The notes below the pieces were generated by a model, which saw only the letters and a program-made list of their open reading frames with translations, had not been told where the DNA came from and ran no database searches. The translations under genes were made by a program, and so were the position numbers. 64,000 bases of DNA from Ardenticatenia bacterium (GTDB taxonomy: Bacteria > Chloroflexota > Anaerolineae > 4572-78 > NAK82): contig QEXY01000108.1 in the NCBI GenBank assembly GCA_003130875.1, forward strand, positions 3,806 to 67,805, read 5' to 3'. Of this stretch, positions 36,128 to 43,836 are shown piece after piece. Within the stretch, counting starts at the first letter, position 1, and each line of letters begins with the position of its first letter.

Positions 36128-37255
36128 TCACCACAGCGCCCGGCCGTCGCCCCTTTGCATGGCGTCTGCGATGAGCGGGCCATACTCGGGCATCACGTCG
36201 CCACAAGCACGGATCAGGCCATAACAGCCGGCCAGCATCATATCCCCAAACGGAGCAGCGAACAGCTTGGGCCGCTGGGACGAACGCAACCGATTGCGCC
36301 GCGGGCCAGTCACCACCCAGAGGCGCTCCTCGGGCGGCAAGGCGCGTTTGAGGAACATGATCGCCCCGTGGCCCTGCGTACCGAAGACCTCTTCGTGAGT
36401 GAGCGTGCCCTCGGCCAGGCGGTCGAGGAATTCTTCCAGCTGCGCCGTGGTGATTTCGCCGGTGTGATGCTCAAAGATGCCCTCGATGCCCTCTTCACCC
36501 AGCCGAAAAGCCAGGCAGTGGAAGTTGCCCACGTTCACCACAATGATGGAACGTCTCTGCCCGACGGCGGCATCCTGCAACGCTCCCAACACGGCGGCGG
36601 GTGCGGTGTCCATCAGCACCACCGGCAGGTCGTCACGCGGGACGCTGGCAGCCACGGCGCGCATGCGGGTCATGATCGGCGGCACATCCTCAGCACAAAA
36701 GGCAAAAGCGGAAAGGCGGTTCTCAGCCCGCACGCGCTCGGCCAGGTACTGAAACCGGAACAACCGGTCGCTGACCCCCGGCGGCGCCTGGCCGTGGTCG
36801 AAGACCGCGATCGCCAGAGCATCCAAATCCCGGTCCAAGTTAACGCCAAAGTGGCCAAAAGCCTGAGCCAGGGCGTGATAGTCAAAATCGCCGGTGCGTA
36901 GATGGACCGCCGAGTGGCGGATGGCTGCCGCCTCGTCCTCGCTGACCAGAATCACCCCCATGCCGGCCACCCAATCGAGATCGTCGTCGAACGTACGCGC
37001 CGCGTCGGGTGTCGCATAGACCCGATAGCCGGCATTCAGGTGATCGCGCACCGCCCAGGCACACGGCCCGCCGCCCATCAGCACGCCCGTGAGCACCACG
37101 TCCTCGCCGCGGCGCGTCGCCTCCCGCACCGCCTGGGCCAGCTGAACCGTCGGCGAGGGCAGCACCATCTTGAAACAGTTCTCCACTTCCCGCGCGCTGT
37201 CGAAGAGCAGGATATCTTGCGTGCCCGTGCCGATGTCCACTGCCAAGATCAACAT
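36128..37255 (-). CDS. DUF1786-like ASKHA (actin-like ATPase fold) protein
   Basis: Start at ATG 37253-37255 (MLILAVDIGTGTQDILLF...), a phosphate-1-like DxGxGT motif. VVNVGNFHCLAF comes later. The first 87 codons of the track ORF are rejected. Confidence 0.65.
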   Translation of the reverse strand: MLILAVDIGTGTQDILLFDSAREVENCFKMVLPSPTVQLAQAVREATRRGEDVVLTGVLMGGGPCAWAVRDHLNAGYRVYATPDAARTFDDDLDWVAGMGVILVSEDEAAAIRHSAVHLRTGDFDYHALAQAFGHFGVNLDRDLDALAIAVFDHGQAPPGVSDRLFRFQYLAERVRAENRLSAFAFCAEDVPPIMTRMRAVAASVPRDDLPVVLMDTAPAAVLGALQDAAVGQRRSIIVVNVGNFHCLAFRLGEEGIEGIFEHHTGEITTAQLEEFLDRLAEGTLTHEEVFGTQGHGAIMFLKRALPPEERLWVVTGPRRNRLRSSQRPKLFAAPFGDMMLAGCYGLIRACGDVMPEYGPLIADAMQRGDGRALW

Positions 37256-37478
37256 GCTATCCTTCACCCGCATACCAGATGTGGGCCGCATTGTACCATA
37301 AAGCGGGCCTATGGGGGTATTTCGATTGGGGAGCGAATTGGAACGGTGGCCCACAGAAAGTTCTTTGTTCTCCCGGCACGCTCTGCGATCTCGGCGCTGC
37401 AAGGCGGATGTCGCACCCTGGCGGTCACGCTGTAGATGACCGTCAGGGTACGAGAGTGGAGCAACTTCGGATACCCGT

Positions 37479-37506
37479 TTGACATCCCTTAAGAGGATGG
37501 TATAAT
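37479..37506 (+). promoter_or_regulatory. Near-consensus sigma-70 promoter about 300 nt upstream of the liv-type operon
   Basis: TTGACA (37479-37484), 16-nt spacer, TATAAT (37501-37506), in an AT-richer 560-bp intergenic region. Confidence 0.55.
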
Positions 37507-37815
37507 TTTGCTTCAATTAGATGGAGACGATAGAGTGCGGTAGAATCCTTGCCGAATCCGTGTCTTTGCAAGCAGGTTACCTCAATCTCTTGGAGCAGGG
37601 ATTGTTTTTAATGCCGCCGGTGAGGCAGAGGTGCAAATCGGGGACGAACCATCCAAGGTTTGCCAAATGGCTCACCGGGTGTGCAGAGGTAGATCCAGTC
37701 CACCAAGCTTATCGAGAAAGGAGGGATGACCATCGAGACCATACACACCTTACTAATGTTGCTTGAGCGAGAGAAGAGCGTTTCATACTGAGCCCATTTT
37801 AAGGAGGAGGACGCC

Positions 37816-39279
37816 ATGAAGAAGTGGTTCGTTACCCTGTTGGTCAGCGCGTTGGTGCTGGCGCTCTTGCCGGTGTGGGCATTTGCGGCACCGCCAGCAC
37901 AGATCCCGGAAGACAAGATTGAGGGCAAGATCTACACGCTGGAACCGCGTGAGACGCTCTCCCTGGTCGCGGCACGCGAGTTCGGCAATGTATTGGCCTT
38001 TCCAGCAATCGTGTATTTCAACAACTTTGCTGCGCGCAAGAACCCGCAGCTGACGCTGATCACCGATCCCAACGCCGTGAAACAGGGGGATGTCATTCTC
38101 ATCCCCACCGCGGATTTGGTGAAGGCGTATCTTGCGGGTGAGCGCATCGGACCGGCCAAGGGTGACGCGCCGCCCGACGATCCGTGGGGAGTGGTCACCG
38201 TCGGACCGGGCGAGCCGGTGCGCATCGGCTTTGCTGCCGCGCTGAGCGGCGCGGGCGTGGACGTGCTGGGCATTGACGAGAAGCGGGGCGCCGAGCTGGC
38301 CGTGGTCGACCGCCCCACATTGGCCGGCCATCCAGTGGAGCTGGTGGTGGAGGATGACCTGTGCTCCGGCGAAGGCGGCACCGCCGTGGCCAACAAGTTC
38401 GTAGCCGACCCCACTATCGTCGCGGTCGTCGGCAACATGTGCTCCAGCTCTTCCATCCCGGCTTCGGACATCTACGAGCGCGCCGGCTACACCATGGTTT
38501 CTCCGAGCTCGACCGCGGTGGCCTTCACTGCGCGCGGCCTGCGCTCGGCCAACCGGGTGTGCTGGAGCGATGCTATTCAGGGGCCTGCGGCAGCCAAGTT
38601 CGTATATGAGAAACTGGGCTTGCGCAAAGTGGCCACGATCCACGACGGCAGCCCCTACGGCGAAGGCTTGGTGAATGCCTTTGCGGAAGCGTTCAAGGCG
38701 ATGGGCGGTGAGGTAGTGGCTCAAGAGGCGGTCTCGGTGGGTGACACCGATATGCGCCCGGTGTTGACCAAGATCGGCGTGAACAAGCCGGAGCTGATTT
38801 ACTTCGGCGGCTTCGTGGCCGAGGGCGCCTTCCTGGCCAGTCAGCGCGCGGATGTCGGCATGGAGAACGTCATCTTCATGGGCGCCGACGGCATCAAGGC
38901 CGAAGACTTCATCAAGTCCGCCGGCGCAGCGGCGGAAGGTGTCTACGCCAGCGCAGCGGACCTGGCCACCGCTGGACCGGGTGTCAACGCCTTCCTGGCC
39001 AAGTACGAAGCCACTTACGGCGAGAAGCCACCGGCGCCCTTCCACCTGCATGCCTATGACGCGGTCAACGTGATCATGGACGCCATTTATCACTCGGCGG
39101 TGCAGGGACCGGATGGCACGCTGTGGATCGGGCGTGAGGCGCTCAACCGTGCCGTTCGTGCCACGACCGGTTATCAGGGTCTATCCGGCGTGATCACCTG
39201 CCAGCCCAACGGTGACTGCGGCACCGGCACGGTGGCTATGTCTAAAGTGGTCAACGGTCAGTGGGTGCCTGCCGAGTAG
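37816..39279 (+). CDS. Branched-chain amino-acid-type (LivJ/K family) solute-binding protein with signal peptide and N-terminal LysM-like domain
   Basis: Signal peptide MKKWFVTLLVSALVLALLPVWAFA. LysM-like YTLEPRETLSLVAAREFGN..AVKQGDVILIP. Then a type-1 periplasmic-binding fold (VRIGFAAALSGAG..VAVVGNMCSSS..VATIHDGSPYGEGL). AAGGAGGAGG lies upstream. Confidence 0.85.
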   Translation: MKKWFVTLLVSALVLALLPVWAFAAPPAQIPEDKIEGKIYTLEPRETLSLVAAREFGNVLAFPAIVYFNNFAARKNPQLTLITDPNAVKQGDVILIPTADLVKAYLAGERIGPAKGDAPPDDPWGVVTVGPGEPVRIGFAAALSGAGVDVLGIDEKRGAELAVVDRPTLAGHPVELVVEDDLCSGEGGTAVANKFVADPTIVAVVGNMCSSSSIPASDIYERAGYTMVSPSSTAVAFTARGLRSANRVCWSDAIQGPAAAKFVYEKLGLRKVATIHDGSPYGEGLVNAFAEAFKAMGGEVVAQEAVSVGDTDMRPVLTKIGVNKPELIYFGGFVAEGAFLASQRADVGMENVIFMGADGIKAEDFIKSAGAAAEGVYASAADLATAGPGVNAFLAKYEATYGEKPPAPFHLHAYDAVNVIMDAIYHSAVQGPDGTLWIGREALNRAVRATTGYQGLSGVITCQPNGDCGTGTVAMSKVVNGQWVPAE

Positions 39280-39345
39280 CTGGCTGTGTCCGCCCAGCGG
39301 GAGCATGGGAATTTCTCAATCGCTGTGACAGCACCTCAGACCAAG

Positions 39346-39374
39346 ATAGGGGCGGTCCATTTGGCCGCCCCTAT
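39346..39374 (+). promoter_or_regulatory. Intercistronic stem-loop after the SBP gene
   Basis: ATAGGGGCGG / CCGCCCCTAT, a perfect 10-bp stem with a 9-nt loop, between the SBP stop and the permease start. Confidence 0.55.
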
Positions 39375-39424
39375 CGGAATGTATTCGTGATAAGTTTCCT
39401 TAGGGATGTTGGGAGCGTGTGCGC

Positions 39425-40507
39425 ATGGCAGTTGTCTCTCGGGAGGCACGGGTTAGTCGAGCACCGGCGGTGAAGCTCTCGCTCAACCGCATCATGCTTT
39501 GGGTGGTGGGTCTGGGCGTGACCGCGCTGGTGGTGTGGCGCATCGCGGGCACCGCCGCACTGGGATTGTACGGGCCCGATGTATGGCTTATGCAGACCCT
39601 CAACGGCCTGGTGCAAGGCTCGATGTATGCCCTGGTTGCTCTGGGATACACCATGGTGTACGGCATCCTGCTGATGATCAACTTCGCCCATGGGGAGATC
39701 TTCATGATCGGGGCGATGTCGGGTTACTTCGTCCTGAACGGCTTCCACCAGTCCGGCTTCCTGGCCTCCAACCCGGTGCCTGCTTTGTTGATCACCTTTA
39801 TCGTGGGTATGGGGGTTCCTCCCATCGTGGGCGTTTTGCTGGAACGCATCGCTTACCGGCCGTTGCGTCGTGCGCCGCGCCTGGTGCCATTGATCTGCGC
39901 CATCGGGGCATCCTTCTTCCTCCAGCAAGCGGTGCGGTTGCTGTTTGGCATCCGCACGAAGGTCTACCCCACCGTCGCGGTGCTCTCCGGCTCATGGACG
40001 ATCACCGTGGGCGAGCGGGAAATGCGCATCCAACATATGAGCGTTCTCATTATCGTCATCACCATTGTCCTGATGGTGGCCCTCTATCTACTGGTGCGCA
40101 AGACCAAGATCGGCAAGGCAATGCGCGCGGTGGCGGAGGATAAGGAAGCTGCGGCGCTGATGGGCATCGATGTCGACCAGGTGATTATGGTCACCTTCGC
40201 CATCGGCGCCATCCTCGCCGGCGCGGCGGGTGTTATGTGGGGATTGTGGTACAAACAGGTGATCCATACAGTGGGCTTTATCCCAGGCATCAAAGCGTTT
40301 ACGGCGGCCGTGTTGGGTGGCATCGGCAACATCCCCGGCGCGATGCTGGGTGGATTGTTCCTAGGGTTTGTGGAGGCCATCGCCCCGACCGCCCTGGACA
40401 TCAGCACGCAGCTCAAAGATGTCATTTCCTTCGGTCTGCTGGTGATCGTGTTGATCTTCCGACCGTCTGGCATTCTGGGCGAGGTTCTGACAGGCAAGAA
40501 GGCCTAG
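39425..40507 (+). CDS. livH: Branched-chain amino acid ABC permease (LivH family)
   Basis: LNGLVQGSMYALVALGYTMVYGILLMINFAHGEIFMIGA is the LivH N-terminal signature. Start is ATG 39425 behind GGGAG; the track start at 39419 is GTG. Confidence 0.85.
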   Translation: MAVVSREARVSRAPAVKLSLNRIMLWVVGLGVTALVVWRIAGTAALGLYGPDVWLMQTLNGLVQGSMYALVALGYTMVYGILLMINFAHGEIFMIGAMSGYFVLNGFHQSGFLASNPVPALLITFIVGMGVPPIVGVLLERIAYRPLRRAPRLVPLICAIGASFFLQQAVRLLFGIRTKVYPTVAVLSGSWTITVGEREMRIQHMSVLIIVITIVLMVALYLLVRKTKIGKAMRAVAEDKEAAALMGIDVDQVIMVTFAIGAILAGAAGVMWGLWYKQVIHTVGFIPGIKAFTAAVLGGIGNIPGAMLGGLFLGFVEAIAPTALDISTQLKDVISFGLLVIVLIFRPSGILGEVLTGKKA

Positions 40508-40520
40508 GAGGAACGCGCGC

Positions 40521-42188
40521 GTGAACCTGTTATCCGTCGTTCGTGCTGGTATACGCAGTGGTCTCATTGTGGGTGTGATTGCCATTTTCATCGTGCTGAT
40601 CGGCATGGTGCAGACTTTCGCGAAACGTTATCTCACCGGCGAAATCACACTCGGGATGGTGATTTTGCTGGCTTTTGGATTGGTCGCCGGCGTCCTGGCA
40701 GCGCGCCAGGTGGCCAAGAGCTCTCCCCGACTGGGGCATAAGGTGCTGGCGGCAGCGATCTCCGGTCTGATCACCGGTGTGATGCTCGCGGCATTATTGC
40801 TCGTGGTCAGCCAGGTGTCCTTGCGCGATGTGCTGGTCAACGCCACGCCCGAGATGGTGGCCGCGCTGTCCTTCGGGCTGCCCCTTTCCGGCGCCGCCGT
40901 GATGTTGATGGGCATGTCGGTGGCAACGGCGGTGATTGCCGTCCTCTACGGGCTGGTGCCACCCCGATTACGCCGTGCGCTGCTCGAGGGCATCATGGCG
41001 GTCATCTTGATCGGTCTCTTCTGGGAGGCAATCATCGGCCTGGACGTTTCGCGCCTGGTGATGAACTTCCTGGGTGTGAAGGCAGGCAAAGTGCTTCCGC
41101 TGCCAGGCGGTATCGGTCTGTTGGGCGTGGTCAGCCTGGTGACCTATCTGCTGAGGATGCGTCCACGCCCAGAGACGGCGGTCGTGCGCCAGAGGCACCG
41201 TACTGCCTGGCGCTATGTCTCCCTGGTGCTCATCGCCGGCGCTATGGCCGCGCTGCCCTTTGCTGTGGGGTTGTTCTGGTCGCAGACGTTGACCACCATC
41301 GGGCTGTTCACGCTGATGGGCCTGGGCTTGAACATCGTGGTGGGCATGGCCGGCCTGCTGGATTTGGGCTACGTCGCTTTCTACGCCATCGGTGCCTATG
41401 CAATGGCACTCTTCAGCTCACCAGCTTCTTCACTCGGTTTGGGATTGCCATTCTGGGTGGCATTGCCGATCGCGTTGGTGTTCGCCGCTATCTCCGGCAT
41501 CTTGCTCGGCATCCCCGTCCTGCGGCTGCGCGGGGACTACCTGGCCATCGTCACATTGGGATTCGGGGAGATCATCCGCGTCCTGGCACTTTCGGATGTG
41601 TTGAAGCCTTACATCGGCGGTCCACAAGGCATTATGGAGACTCCACCCCCCTATTTCTTCGGCACCCAGTTGAGCGACCCGCGCTATCTCTACTATCTCA
41701 TCCTGGCCGCGTGCCTGGTGGTAGTTTTCATCTCGCTGCGCCTCAACGATTCGCGCATCGGACGGGCATGGATCGCCGTGCGCGAAGATGAGGACGTGGC
41801 CCAGGCGATGGGCATCAATCTGGTAGCCGCCAAGTTGATGGCCTTCGCCATCGGCGCGTCCTTTGCCGGGGTGGGAGGTGCGATCTTCGCCGCACGCCAA
41901 GGCGCCATCTTCCCGATGGATTTCACCCTGTTCGTCTCTATCAACGTATTATGCCTCATCATCATCGGCGGTATGGGCAGCATCCCAGGCGTGATCACCG
42001 GCGCTTTCTTCCTGATCGGCCTGCCCGAGGTGCTGCGCGAGGTGGACGAGTATCGTATCCTGGCCTACGGCGCCGGATTGGTGATCATGATGTTGGTCCG
42101 GCCCGAAGGATTGATCCCTTCGGCACGGCGGCGTCTCGAACTGCGTGAGGAAGAAGCGGAGGAGGGAGTAGCTGATGTCGCCCGCTGA
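40521..42188 (+). CDS. livM: Branched-chain amino acid ABC permease (LivM family) with a ~240-aa polytopic N-terminal extension
   Basis: C-terminal two-thirds GLNIVVGMAGLLDLGYVAFYAIGAY..GDYLAIVTLGFGEI matches LivM. GTG start. Confidence 0.85.
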   Translation: MNLLSVVRAGIRSGLIVGVIAIFIVLIGMVQTFAKRYLTGEITLGMVILLAFGLVAGVLAARQVAKSSPRLGHKVLAAAISGLITGVMLAALLLVVSQVSLRDVLVNATPEMVAALSFGLPLSGAAVMLMGMSVATAVIAVLYGLVPPRLRRALLEGIMAVILIGLFWEAIIGLDVSRLVMNFLGVKAGKVLPLPGGIGLLGVVSLVTYLLRMRPRPETAVVRQRHRTAWRYVSLVLIAGAMAALPFAVGLFWSQTLTTIGLFTLMGLGLNIVVGMAGLLDLGYVAFYAIGAYAMALFSSPASSLGLGLPFWVALPIALVFAAISGILLGIPVLRLRGDYLAIVTLGFGEIIRVLALSDVLKPYIGGPQGIMETPPPYFFGTQLSDPRYLYYLILAACLVVVFISLRLNDSRIGRAWIAVREDEDVAQAMGINLVAAKLMAFAIGASFAGVGGAIFAARQGAIFPMDFTLFVSINVLCLIIIGGMGSIPGVITGAFFLIGLPEVLREVDEYRILAYGAGLVIMMLVRPEGLIPSARRRLELREEEAEEGVADVAR

Positions 42189-42213
42189 GGACGGTGGTGG
42201 AGCAGGAAGGACA

Positions 42214-42996
42214 ATGGCACTTTTAGAAGCCAAAAGGGTCACCAAACGCTTCGGTGGCCTGGTAGCAGTCAATAAAGTCGACTTTGTCCTGGAAAAGGGG
42301 ATGATCGCCAGCATCATCGGACCCAACGGCGCCGGCAAGACCACTTTCTTCAACTGTATCACCGGCTTCTACAAGCCCGAGGAAGGGCAGATCCTGTTTG
42401 ACGGGGAGGATTTGGTCGGATTGCGCCCCGACCGGATCACCGCACGGGGCATTGCACGCACCTATCAGAACATCCGCCTCTTCAAGGAGATGACCGCGCT
42501 GGAGAACATTTTAGTGGGCATGCACGCCCGACTGCGCTCAGGGTTGTTCGGCGCCATCGTGCGCGACCCCGCCACGGCGCAAGAGGAACGAAACGCAGTC
42601 GAGCGCGGCAAAGAGCTGTTGCGCTTCGTGGGCCTGCGCGGCAAAGGGGATGTCCTGGCCAAGAACCTGCCCTATGGCGACCAGCGACGGTTGGAGGTCG
42701 CCCGTGCCCTGGCCAGCGAACCCAAGCTGTTGCTTCTCGACGAGCCGACGGCCGGGATGAACCCGGCGGAGACCGAGGAGATGATGGCGTTTATCAGCCG
42801 GCTGCGCGATGAGCTCGGATTGACCGTCCTGCTGATCGAGCATGACATGCGCGTGGTGATGGGTATCTCGGACCGCGTCACAGTGTTGGATTACGGCGAA
42901 AAGATCGCCGAGGGCACGCCGGCCGAGATCCAGCGCAATCCGGCCGTGATCGAGGCCTACCTGGGCCGCGGGGGAGACGGCTATGGCACTGCTTGA
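42214..42996 (+). CDS. livG: Branched-chain amino acid ABC ATPase (LivG family)
   Basis: GPNGAGKTTFFN (Walker A), LPYGDQRRLEVARAL, LLLLDEPTAGMN. ATG 42214 behind GGAAGGA. Confidence 0.9.
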   Translation: MALLEAKRVTKRFGGLVAVNKVDFVLEKGMIASIIGPNGAGKTTFFNCITGFYKPEEGQILFDGEDLVGLRPDRITARGIARTYQNIRLFKEMTALENILVGMHARLRSGLFGAIVRDPATAQEERNAVERGKELLRFVGLRGKGDVLAKNLPYGDQRRLEVARALASEPKLLLLDEPTAGMNPAETEEMMAFISRLRDELGLTVLLIEHDMRVVMGISDRVTVLDYGEKIAEGTPAEIQRNPAVIEAYLGRGGDGYGTA

Positions 42997-43702
42997 GATC
43001 GATAACATCCACACGTACTACGGCAACATCCATGCGCTGAAGGGCGTCACCATCTCGGTGGACAAAGGCGAAATTGTCACCCTGGTGGGCGCTAACGGCG
43101 CCGGCAAGAGCACAACCCTCAACACCATCTGTGGCATTCTCAAGCCGCGTCACGGGGAAATCCGGCTGAACGGCGAATCGCTGAACACCCTCAAACCTCA
43201 CGAAATCGTGGCCAAGGGCATTTCGCAGGCGCCGGAGGGACGGAGGATTTTCTCTCGGTTGACCGTGATGGAAAACCTGGAGATGGGCGCTTATACGCGT
43301 TCGGACCGCAACGGGATCGCGCAGGATTTGGAGCGCGTCTTCAGCATATTCCCACGCCTGAAAGAACGCGCGCGCCAGGTGGGTGGCACGCTCTCCGGTG
43401 GCGAACAGCAAATGTTGGCCATCGCCCGCGCCCTCATGGCTCGCCCACGGGTGTTGTTGCTCGACGAACCCTCGATGGGGCTGGCGCCGATCCTGGTGCA
43501 GGAAATCTTCTCGATCATCCGCGAGATCAACCAGCAAGGCACCACCATCCTGTTGGTCGAGCAAAATGTCAATATGGCCCTGCAGATTGCCCAGCGCGGC
43601 TATGTCCTGGAGACAGGGCGCGTGGTGCTCCAAGGCTCCGCGAAGGAATTGCGCGAGAACCCCGAGGTGCGGGCGGTTTATCTCGGCGAAACACGCCATT
43701 GA
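42983..43702 (+). CDS. livF: Branched-chain amino acid ABC ATPase (LivF family)
   Basis: GANGAGKSTTLN, LSGGEQQMLAIARAL, LLLLDEPSMGLAP. 14-nt overlap with livG. Confidence 0.9.
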   Translation: MALLEIDNIHTYYGNIHALKGVTISVDKGEIVTLVGANGAGKSTTLNTICGILKPRHGEIRLNGESLNTLKPHEIVAKGISQAPEGRRIFSRLTVMENLEMGAYTRSDRNGIAQDLERVFSIFPRLKERARQVGGTLSGGEQQMLAIARALMARPRVLLLDEPSMGLAPILVQEIFSIIREINQQGTTILLVEQNVNMALQIAQRGYVLETGRVVLQGSAKELRENPEVRAVYLGETRH

Positions 43703-43836
43703 TCACGATGATCTGGCGTCAATCGATGGGGAAGGGAGGTGAGGCATTGCATCCAAACGAAAGCATGTGGCGGCACACAGCAGGTATGTGGCATGTCAGT
43801 CTCTGACAACCCGAACCGTTTTCAAGGAGGAGGCTT

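Noticed and set aside
37521-37766. 81-aa ORF in the liv leader region
   Set aside because: Atypical composition, no RBS and no recognisable motif. The region is better explained as a 5' leader, though a small protein cannot be excluded without conservation data.
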